Position numbers and translations under genes: made by a program. A stretch of DNA of 64,000 bases from Eubacteriales bacterium (GTDB lineage: Bacteria > Bacillota > Clostridia > Oscillospirales > CAG-272), in assembly GCA_045617585.1 (NCBI GenBank), contig JAZLIW010000015.1, forward strand, positions 689 through 64,688, in the 5' to 3' direction. Position 1 is the first letter of the stretch. Each line of letters opens with the position of its first letter. Of the stretch, positions 28,089-35,506 are shown piece after piece. The notes beneath the pieces are model-generated. The model worked only from the letters and a program-made list of their open reading frames with translations. It had not been told where the DNA came from and made no database searches.

Positions 28089-28586
28089 ATGAGTTTTTAC
28101 CGTAAGAAAACGGTGAAGCCGGGAGAGGAGAACGACGGTGCGGCGGCATTTGACGCCGCCTGCCGTATCCTCTCCTTTATGGATAACACCGAAAAAGCGC
28201 TCGACCGCAAGCTTGCGGAACGCGGCTTCACGCCCGCCGCACGCGCCGAGGCGATCGGACGCGCGAAACGCATGGGCTTTCTCGAAGAGGAGCGCATGAT
28301 CGTACGTAAGGTCGAAGGGCTGGCCACGGGACGCGGCTACGGGATGCGGCGCATCCGGCAGGAGCTGTCTCTCGCCGGGTTCTCGGAAGAGGCGTACGAC
28401 GCGCTGACGCCAGAGTTCCTCGCCTCCCTCAACTTTCCGGCGATCTGCGCGGGGCTGATCCGGAAACGGGGCGGCGATCCGACGAAGCCGGACGAAAAGA
28501 CCTACGCCTTCCTGCTCCGCCGCGGCTTTTCCGCCGAGGATATCCGGAAGGCAATTCTGCTCCTGAAAGAGGAGACGGAGGAATAA
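28089..28586 (+). CDS. recX: recombination regulator RecX
   Basis: ORF 28089..28586(+). Sits directly downstream of recA. Three-helix repeat pattern (KLAERGF..., YGMRRIRQELSLAGF..., AFLLRRGFSAEDI). Confidence 0.85.
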   Translation: MSFYRKKTVKPGEENDGAAAFDAACRILSFMDNTEKALDRKLAERGFTPAARAEAIGRAKRMGFLEEERMIVRKVEGLATGRGYGMRRIRQELSLAGFSEEAYDALTPEFLASLNFPAICAGLIRKRGGDPTKPDEKTYAFLLRRGFSAEDIRKAILLLKEETEE

Positions 28587-28587
28587 G

Positions 28588-29667
28588 ATGAAGATCCTGC
28601 TCGGAATGAGCGGCGGGCTCGACAGCACCTACGCCGCGCACTGCCTGACAGAGGAAGGGCACGAAGTCACCGGCGCCCTGCTCGTCATGTCGGGCTGCAC
28701 CGATGAAAAAGCAGCGGTCCTTTCCGCCGCCGAGGCGGGCGTTCCGCTCGTCCGGATCGACGCGAGGGAGCGCTTTTCCCGCGCGGTCGTCGATCCCTTC
28801 GTCGCCGAATATTTCCGCGGCAGGACCCCGAATCCCTGCGTTCTCTGCAACCCCGCCGTCAAGTTCGGTATGCTCTGCGAATACGCCGCGGCGAACGGGT
28901 TCGACCGCGTTTCGACCGGGCATTATGCCGCGATCGGGGAGGAAAACGGCAGATATTTCCTCAAAAAAGCCCTCGACCGGACGAAGGACCAGGGCTACGT
29001 CCTCTGGTCGCTCTCCCAGAAGCAGCTTTCGATGCTGTATTTCCCGCTTTCCGGCAAAAACAAGACGGACGTCCGTGCCGCCGCCAAAGCGCTCGGCTTT
29101 ACCGCCGCCGGAGCGAAGGACAGTCAGGATATCTGCTTCATTCCCGACAACGATCACGCCCGCTTCATCGAAGAATACACCGGAGAAAAAGCAAGACCCG
29201 GCGAATTTCTCGACCTGAACGGCAAGGTCGTCGGAAAACACCGGGGCATCGTCCATTACACGGTCGGTCAGAGGAAGGGGCTCGGCATCGCGCTCGGCGA
29301 GCCGGTCTTCGTCACGAAGATCGACCCCGAATCCAACACCGTCACAGTCGCGCCCGCGGGGCACGAGTATGCCGGTGGAATGACGGTCGCCGGCATGAAA
29401 TTCCAGAAAACCGTTCTGACGGCAGGCGAGACCCTTTCCTGCCTTGTCAAAGCGCGCTACGCCTCGCCGCCCGTCCCGGCGACGGTCCGGATGGAGACCT
29501 CCGACCGGGCGTCGGTCGTCTTCGCCTCCCCGGTCCGCGCCGTCACGCCCGGTCAGTCCGCCGTCTTTTGCGACGAAAACGGGGATCTCCTCTTCGGCGG
29601 GCAGATCGAAGACGCGGCTCCGGCGGAAAAAACCGTTACCGAATCCCGAAAGGATCACGAATCATGA
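28588..29667 (+). CDS. mnmA: tRNA 2-thiouridine(34) synthase MnmA
   Basis: ORF 28588..29667(+). PP-loop LGMSGGLDSTYAA. Motifs NPCVLCN, TGHYA, KDQGYVLW and SQDICF. Confidence 0.95.
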   Translation: MKILLGMSGGLDSTYAAHCLTEEGHEVTGALLVMSGCTDEKAAVLSAAEAGVPLVRIDARERFSRAVVDPFVAEYFRGRTPNPCVLCNPAVKFGMLCEYAAANGFDRVSTGHYAAIGEENGRYFLKKALDRTKDQGYVLWSLSQKQLSMLYFPLSGKNKTDVRAAAKALGFTAAGAKDSQDICFIPDNDHARFIEEYTGEKARPGEFLDLNGKVVGKHRGIVHYTVGQRKGLGIALGEPVFVTKIDPESNTVTVAPAGHEYAGGMTVAGMKFQKTVLTAGETLSCLVKARYASPPVPATVRMETSDRASVVFASPVRAVTPGQSAVFCDENGDLLFGGQIEDAAPAEKTVTESRKDHES

Positions 29668-30344
29668 AAATCACGTGGCTTGGGCAGGCTGGTCTCCTTT
29701 TCGAGACCGGAGAAATGAAGATCGCGGTCGATCCCTATCTTTCCGACGCGGTCGGGAAAAAAGACCCGTCGAAGCACCGCAGGGTCCCGGTGGACAAGCG
29801 GTTTTTCGGCGCTTGCCCCGACGTCGTCGTCCTGACCCATCAGCATCTTGACCATACCGATCCGGAAACGCTTTCCCGTCTTCTCGGCGGGGAAAAGAGC
29901 GTCACAGTTCTCGCCTCGGGCCTCGCGTGGGAAACGGCACGCGCGCTCGGCGGCGGTCACAACTACGTTCTCTTCAACCGGCATACCGAGTTTACGCTCG
30001 GTCCCGTCCGCTTCCGCGCGGTGAAAGCCGAGCATTCCGATCCCTGCGCGGTCGGCGTCCTGATCGAAGCCGAGGGAAAAACGTACTACGTGACCGGCGA
30101 CACGCTTTATAACACCGATATCTTCCCCGATCTGCCCGAGCGGATCGACGCCGTGTTTCTTCCGGTCAACGGCGCGGGAAACAATATGAATATGGCGGAC
30201 GCGGAGCGCTTCTGTCAAAGGATCCGCGCGAAAATCGCCGTCCCCGTTCACTGCGGCATGTTCGACGATATCGACCCGGGCGCCTTTTCCTATCGGAACA
30301 CCGTCGTTCCGAAGATTTATGAAGAAATCCCTCTCCCTGAATAA
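29664..30344 (+). CDS. MBL-fold metallo-hydrolase
   Basis: In-frame part of ORF 29568..30344. ATG at 29664 (ATGA overlap with mnmA). Motifs MKITWLGQAGLLFE and THQHLDHTD. Confidence 0.8.
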   Translation: MKITWLGQAGLLFETGEMKIAVDPYLSDAVGKKDPSKHRRVPVDKRFFGACPDVVVLTHQHLDHTDPETLSRLLGGEKSVTVLASGLAWETARALGGGHNYVLFNRHTEFTLGPVRFRAVKAEHSDPCAVGVLIEAEGKTYYVTGDTLYNTDIFPDLPERIDAVFLPVNGAGNNMNMADAERFCQRIRAKIAVPVHCGMFDDIDPGAFSYRNTVVPKIYEEIPLPE

Positions 30345-30362
30345 ACCCGCACGCCATTTCCC

Positions 30363-30401
30363 CGTCTCATCTGCCCACGGCGGCAGATGAGACGTTTTTT
30401 T
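30363..30401 (+). terminator. rho-independent terminator after the MBL-fold gene
   Basis: A 13-bp stem pairs CGTCTCATCTGCC (30363-30375) with GGCAGATGAGACG (30382-30394), followed by T7. Confidence 0.85.
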
Positions 30402-30421
30402 CGCGATTTTATGAAAAGCTC

Positions 30422-30450
30422 TTGACAAACGCGCCCCATCTGTATATAAT
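30422..30450 (+). promoter_or_regulatory. sigma-A type promoter (TTGACA-17-TATAAT) for the gntR-ABC operon
   Basis: TTGACA at 30422-30427, a 17-nt spacer, then TATAAT at 30445-30450. Confidence 0.75.
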
Positions 30451-30461
30451 GCGTATATACA
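30441..30461. promoter_or_regulatory. candidate GntR/YtrA operator: inverted repeat TGTATATA-N5-TATATACA overlapping the -10
   Basis: 8-bp perfect arms at 30441-30448 and 30454-30461. They contain the GT...AC cores typical of GntR-family operators. Confidence 0.5.
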
Positions 30462-30487
30462 GTAATAACAGAAAAAGGAGTGATCGC

Positions 30488-30865
30488 GTGACAATCCTGA
30501 TCGACAACAAAAGCGGCTCGCCGATCTACGACCAGATCTATTCGCAGATCAAGAGTCAGATCATCAGCGGAGCGCTTTCGGAGAACGAGCTGCTGCCGTC
30601 CATCCGGAACCTCGCCAAGGACCTGCGCATCAGCTTCATCACGACGAAGCGGGCGTACGAGGAGCTTGAAAAAGACGGATTTCTCTATACCGTCCCCGGA
30701 AAGGGCTGCTTCGTCGCGCCGAAAAACGTGGAGTTGCTCCGGGAAGAGAATCTGAAAAAGATCGAGGCGTATATCGACGGGATCGTCAACCTCGCAGAAA
30801 GCTGCAATCTCGGAAAAGAAGACGTCATAAAAATGGTGGAGTTTGCATGGGAGGATGAACGATGA
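30488..30865 (+). CDS. GntR family (YtrA subfamily) transcriptional regulator
   Basis: In-frame part of ORF 30422..30865. A GTG start at 30488 follows SD AAAGGAG. wHTH region PIYDQIYSQIKSQIISGAL...LPSIRNLAKDLRISFITTKRAYEELE. Confidence 0.85.
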   Translation: MTILIDNKSGSPIYDQIYSQIKSQIISGALSENELLPSIRNLAKDLRISFITTKRAYEELEKDGFLYTVPGKGCFVAPKNVELLREENLKKIEAYIDGIVNLAESCNLGKEDVIKMVEFAWEDER

Positions 30866-31707
30866 ACGCACTTGATATCAAAGGTCTCACGAAGGAATAT
30901 CGGGGCTTCCGGCTTGACGGTCTCGACCTCACGCTGCCGAACGGCTGCATCATGGGGCTGATCGGCGAAAACGGGGCGGGAAAAAGCACGACGATCAAGC
31001 TGATCCTCGATATGATACGAAAAGACGGCGGGAGCGTCCGGATCTTCGGGAAGGACGTCTCCGCCGCCGATGCCGCGCAGCTCAAAGAGGAGATCGGCGT
31101 GGTCATGGACGAGGTCGGGATCCCCGAATGTCTGACCGTCCGGCAGATCGGCAAGGTGATGAAGCGGGTCTTCCGGAATTGGGACGGCGCGGCCTACGAA
31201 GCACTGACCGAGCGGTTTTCCCTGCCGGACGGAAAAGCGTTCAGGGATTTTTCGCGCGGGATGAAGATGAAGACCGGGATCGCGGTCGCGCTGTCGCACG
31301 GAGCGAAGCTGCTTCTGCTCGACGAGGCGACGTCCGGGCTCGACCCCGTGGCGCGGGACGAGGTCGTGGAATTGCTCAGTGAATTCACGAGAGAAGAGGA
31401 CCATTCCGTCCTGATCTCCTCCCACATCGTCAGCGATCTGGAAAAACTCTGCGACTACGTCGCGTTCCTGCACAAAGGGAAACTGATGCTCTGCGAGGAA
31501 AAAGACGCCCTTCTCTCGGCGTACGGGATCGTCCACTGCACGGCGGAGCAGTTACGCGCGTTCCCCGCGAACGTGATCCGCCACAAAAAGGAAAGCCCCT
31601 ACGGGACCGAGGCGATCGTCCTCCGGGACGGCGTTCCGGGCGGCATCTCCGTCAGTCCCGTGAGCATCGAGGAATTGTTCGTCTATATGGTGAAGGAGGC
31701 AAAATAA
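30862..31707 (+). CDS. ABC transporter ATP-binding protein
   Basis: ORF 30862..31707(+). Walker A GENGAGKST, signature FSRGMKMK, Walker B LLLLDEATSGLD. ATGA overlap with gntR. Confidence 0.9.
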   Translation: MNALDIKGLTKEYRGFRLDGLDLTLPNGCIMGLIGENGAGKSTTIKLILDMIRKDGGSVRIFGKDVSAADAAQLKEEIGVVMDEVGIPECLTVRQIGKVMKRVFRNWDGAAYEALTERFSLPDGKAFRDFSRGMKMKTGIAVALSHGAKLLLLDEATSGLDPVARDEVVELLSEFTREEDHSVLISSHIVSDLEKLCDYVAFLHKGKLMLCEEKDALLSAYGIVHCTAEQLRAFPANVIRHKKESPYGTEAIVLRDGVPGGISVSPVSIEELFVYMVKEAK

Positions 31708-31708
31708 C

Positions 31709-32332
31709 GTGAAGGGGCTCTTACTGAAAGACCTTTATATGACGCGGGCGTACTGCAAATCGTATCTGCTGATCCTCGTCGTCTTTCTCGCGGCGTCGTT
31801 CATCGTCGGGAACACGGCGTTCGTCTATTATCCGTGCCTGCTGTGCGGAATGATCCCGGTCAGCCTGCTTGCCTACGACGAGCGGAGCAGATTCCTGCAG
31901 TACGGCGCTGCGCTCCCGGTTTCAAGAGCGCAGCTGGTCGCGGAAAAATATCTCGTGGGGCTGATCTCGCAGACCGCGGTCCTGCTCCTTTCCGGGATCG
32001 CGGTAGGGATCCGGGCGGGGATCGCCGGCACCTTCGAGCCCGCCGTCTTCGCTGTGACCGTGCTTTCGCTGCTCGTCACCTCCGTGCTGGCGTTCTCGAT
32101 CCCGCTGCCCTTTATTTTCAAATACGGCGTCGAGAAAGGGCGGATCGCCTATTACGTGATGGTCGGCTTCGTCTGCGCCGCCGGCGTGATCTTCTGGAAA
32201 GGCGTCAATCTCGATTGGCAGACCGGGATCTCCCCCGCGCTCCTCATTTCCCTGCTGGCTGCGGTGGGAATCGGGCTCTTCGCCCTCTCATGGTACCTGT
32301 CGACGGTATTTTACAAAAAGCGGGAATTATAA
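31709..32332 (+). CDS. ABC-2 type transporter permease
   Basis: ORF 31709..32332(+). GTG start after SD GGAGG. Six predicted TM helices. Position matches YtrA-type three-gene modules. Confidence 0.75.
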   Translation: MKGLLLKDLYMTRAYCKSYLLILVVFLAASFIVGNTAFVYYPCLLCGMIPVSLLAYDERSRFLQYGAALPVSRAQLVAEKYLVGLISQTAVLLLSGIAVGIRAGIAGTFEPAVFAVTVLSLLVTSVLAFSIPLPFIFKYGVEKGRIAYYVMVGFVCAAGVIFWKGVNLDWQTGISPALLISLLAAVGIGLFALSWYLSTVFYKKREL

Positions 32333-32438
32333 GTGCTTTCAAATAGCAAAACTGTCTTCTCTTTTCGCTTAAAACATGATATCATACCGTTGCGGGAGTT
32401 TACTCCCGCTGAAATCCATACGAAAAGGAACGGAACTC

Positions 32439-32879
32439 ATGGAACGACTGGAGAAAATCGGAAGCCTCGAGGTACTTACCTCGAAAGAAGTCCCTTTTTC
32501 CCGTATCGGGATCGGCTTTGAAAAACTGGTCCGGACGTTATCCGACCGTGTGAAGATATGGGAGATCTGGAACGAGCCGGACGGGCGCTGGTGCTGGAAG
32601 CACGGTCCGAGTGCCGCGGAATACGCCGCCTTTTCGGTCGATACCGCGAAGGCGGTGCGGGAGGCCGATCCCGGCGCTTACGTCGTCGGCGGTGCCGTCA
32701 CCTACCGCTCGATCAATTATCTTGCCGAAGCGATGGCGTGCGGTCTCGCAGACGCCGTGGGCGCTCTGTCCTTCCACGAATACACCGCACGCGAGGAGAC
32801 CATGTTCGAGCATCTTCCGGTCAGGGATTATCCGCTCTTCCTCACCTTCGGCGATTTCGTCGGGGTCACGGAAGCGTAA
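32439..32879 (+). pseudogene. decayed fragment of a clan GH-A (TIM-barrel) glycoside hydrolase
   Basis: Part of ORF 32376..32879. MERLEKIGSLEVLTSKEVPFSRIGIGFEKL, then the acid/base strand motif KIWEIWNEPDGRWCWKHGP. Only ~147 aa, far too short for the fold. Recalled full-length homologs have ~100 aa between the two segments and a long C-terminal part. Confidence 0.55.
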
Positions 32880-34628
32880 CGTCCTGCCGTCAAAAAAACG
32901 TTCGGCGGAAAACGGGCTTCCGACCGACGGGTTTTTTACGGTCATAATGACCGGAAGGATCATCGGTTTACGGTGGGTCTTCGCGTAGAGGTACTTGGTC
33001 AGCGCATCCTTGACGGTGGTCTTCATCTGCGCCCAGTCGGTGATATTGTCGTCCAGGCAGTTTTCGATCTGATCGCGCGCAATCGAACGGACCTCATCCA
33101 TCAGTTCCTCCGCTTCCCGGACGTAAACGAAGCCGCGGGAGACGATATCCGGCCCGGAAACAAGCGTCCCGTCGATCGTATCCACGGTAGCAACGACCAC
33201 GATCAACCCATCCTGCGACAGATGCTTCCGGTCGCGCAGGACGATATTGCCGATATCGCCGACGCCGTACCCGTCCACGAGCACGTTGCCCGCGGGAACG
33301 GAACCGTTCCATCTCGCACCGTTCACGTCGATCTCAAGGACCTTGCCGAGATCGGGGACGAAAATATTGGTCTCCGGCGTCCCCATAAAGACCGCAAGCT
33401 CCTTGTTCATGATCAGGTGCTTGTATTCGCCGTGGATCGGCATGAAATACTTCGGCTTGGTCAGCGCCTGCATCAGCTTGAGTTCTTCCCTGCAGGCGTG
33501 CCCGGAAACGTGGACCTCCGCCATCGTATCCCGAAGGACCGTCGCACCCGAGCGCATGACCTCGTTGACGATACGGTCGACCAGCTTTTCGTTCCCCGGG
33601 ATCGCGTGCGCCGAGATCACCACAAGGTCCTTCGGTCCGATCTGCACCTTATCGTGATCGGCAAACGCCATGCGGTACAGAGCGGACATCGGCTCGCCCT
33701 GGCTCCCCGTCGTCACGATCGTGATCTGCTCGGCGGGATAGCGCTTGATCTCGTTGATGTCGATCAGCACGCCCTCCGGCACGGTCATGTAACCGAGGTC
33801 GATCGCCGCGTTCACGACGTTGATCATGCTCCTGCCGGTGATCGCCACCTTGCGCTTATACGCGACCGAGGTATCGATGATCTGCTGGACGCGGTGGACG
33901 TTGGAGGAGAAGGTCGCGATGATGACGCGCTTATCGGGATGGCACATAAAGATCGTATCCAGCGAAGCGCCGACCGTCTTCTCCGAGGGAGTGAAGCCCG
34001 GGCGTTCCACGTTCGTGGACTCACACATCAGGAGGAGAACGCCCTCCTGCCCGAGCTGCCCGAGCCGGGTCAGATCCATCATTTCCCCGTCGATCGGAGA
34101 CACGTCAAGCTTGAAGTCGCCGGTATGAACGACCTTTCCGATCGGGGTCTCGATCGCCAGCGCGCAGGCGTCCGCGATCGAATGGTTGACGTGGATGAAT
34201 TCCACGTTGAACACGCCGGCGGGCACGACGTCTCCCGCCGCCACGGTCTGCAGGATGGGCGTTTTCTCGTAGGAATGCTCCATCAGTTTGTTTTCAAGGA
34301 TGCCAAGCGTCAGCCGCGTCCCGTAGACCGGGACGTCGATCAGCGTCTTCAGGACGTAGGGCAGCGCGCCGATATGGTCCTCGTGCCCGTGCGTGATGAA
34401 GATCCCGCGGATCTTTTCTTTGTTCTTTTCCAGATAAGTGATATCCGGGATCACGAGATCGACGCCGAGCATTTCGTCGTCCGGGAAGCCGAGGCCGCAG
34501 TCCACGATGATGATATCGTCCTCGTATTCAAGGACCGACAGGTTTTTGCCGATCTCCCCGAGGCCGCCGAGCAGGAAAACCTTCAGTTTTCCGGTCGGCA
34601 GAAGGGTCATTTTCTTTTTTCTTGCCAT
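32538..34628 (-). CDS. rnj: ribonuclease J; conserved core of 564 aa (34628..32937) plus an unconserved 132-codon read-through extension
   Basis: ORF 32538..34628(-). Motifs LGGLGEIGKN, FITHGHEDHIGALPY and HVSGHACREEL. The family-typical C-terminus KPMILPVIMTV ends at 32937, where AAA stands in place of a stop. Confidence 0.9.
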   Translation of the reverse strand: MARKKKMTLLPTGKLKVFLLGGLGEIGKNLSVLEYEDDIIIVDCGLGFPDDEMLGVDLVIPDITYLEKNKEKIRGIFITHGHEDHIGALPYVLKTLIDVPVYGTRLTLGILENKLMEHSYEKTPILQTVAAGDVVPAGVFNVEFIHVNHSIADACALAIETPIGKVVHTGDFKLDVSPIDGEMMDLTRLGQLGQEGVLLLMCESTNVERPGFTPSEKTVGASLDTIFMCHPDKRVIIATFSSNVHRVQQIIDTSVAYKRKVAITGRSMINVVNAAIDLGYMTVPEGVLIDINEIKRYPAEQITIVTTGSQGEPMSALYRMAFADHDKVQIGPKDLVVISAHAIPGNEKLVDRIVNEVMRSGATVLRDTMAEVHVSGHACREELKLMQALTKPKYFMPIHGEYKHLIMNKELAVFMGTPETNIFVPDLGKVLEIDVNGARWNGSVPAGNVLVDGYGVGDIGNIVLRDRKHLSQDGLIVVVATVDTIDGTLVSGPDIVSRGFVYVREAEELMDEVRSIARDQIENCLDDNITDWAQMKTTVKDALTKYLYAKTHRKPMILPVIMTVKNPSVGSPFSAERFFDGRTLRFRDPDEIAEGEEERIIPDRKMLEHGLLACGVFVEGQSAHGVCETARHRFGKIIDRAVGDGTADDVSAGIGLPHRLRGIDRKGGVFRGTRTVLPAPAPVRLVPDLPYLHTVG
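32892..32937. terminator. bidirectional terminator between the GH fragment and rnj
   Basis: A7 (32892-32898), then CGTTCGGCGG (32899-32908) pairing with CCGACCGACG (32920-32929) with two bulges, then GG + T6 (32932-32937). Confidence 0.7.
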
Positions 34629-34947
34629 AACAACATAGGCTCACCGCAAAAAACGGGCGGCAAGCCGATCCTTTCTTTTCTATGGGATTGTTTTTGCGAT
34701 CGTTCGGCACGCATCCCGCCGCTGTCATACCGTCCGGCAGCGCGTTCTCTCCTGCGTGTCTTCCGATGCACACGAACAAAATCAGTATGGTAAGTATATC
34801 ATATCTTTGCGTCTCTCATTTGAATGATTTGTTACGTCCCGGTTAATATCACGGGCTGCAGGGGATAAGGACCGAAAAACAGTGCAACACTATCCGCGTA
34901 CCGCGGCTGCATCCGTTTTCCGCGGTGCAGAAACGAGGTTTGACGTC

Positions 34948-35196
34948 ATGAAAAACGAAAAGGCCGCACAGCGTGCCGCCGCGGCGTACCGTTCCGCGGG
35001 CGAAACGACCGATCCGCTCGGCTCCTATACCGGGAACCCCCTGCCCGGCGCGGAATGCCGTTCTTCCGCGGAAGGATCGTCCTCCATGGACAGGATCCCG
35101 GATCCCGGGATCGATCCCGTCTTCCCCGGCGGGAAGCGATATCTCCCCGCCGAACGGTATTTCGATCTGCCGACGCAGGACGCTGACGATCTCTGA
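34948..35196 (+). CDS. small hypothetical protein (82 aa)
   Basis: Internal ATG of ORF 34882..35196, with GAGG 9 nt upstream. Features DPLGSYTG and a C-terminal PTQDADDL. No family assigned with confidence. Confidence 0.4.
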   Translation: MKNEKAAQRAAAAYRSAGETTDPLGSYTGNPLPGAECRSSAEGSSSMDRIPDPGIDPVFPGGKRYLPAERYFDLPTQDADDL

Positions 35197-35209
35197 TCCC
35201 CGCCTCCCG

Positions 35210-35473
35210 TCACAGAACGAGGAACAGCAGCGCCGTCAGCGCTGACCCGACTCCCGCACCGAGAAGAAAAAACAGCAGCAGCCGTTTTTTCTTCTCTTTT
35301 TTTCCGCCGACGATCAGGTTTTCCCGGATGATCCGTCCCGCCTCCGCCGCCAGCTCCTCCGTCTCCGGCGCGGGACGGGGCGTTTCCCGCAGCAAAAAGA
35401 TCGCCTCTTCAAACAGTCCGCTCTCCCCGGTCCGCAGGATCACCGTTTTCCGCTCGGAGCCCTTCAGTATCAT
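35210..35473 (-). CDS. small C-terminally anchored membrane protein downstream of spoIIE (87 aa)
   Basis: ORF 35210..35473(-). SD AAGGGAAG. KKEKKKR followed by the TM helix LLLFFLLGAGVGSALTALLFLVL. Confidence 0.5.
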   Translation of the reverse strand: MILKGSERKTVILRTGESGLFEEAIFLLRETPRPAPETEELAAEAGRIIRENLIVGGKKEKKKRLLLFFLLGAGVGSALTALLFLVL

Positions 35474-35506
35474 CTTCCCTTTTCCCTTTCTTCCGGAGCC
35501 GTACGT

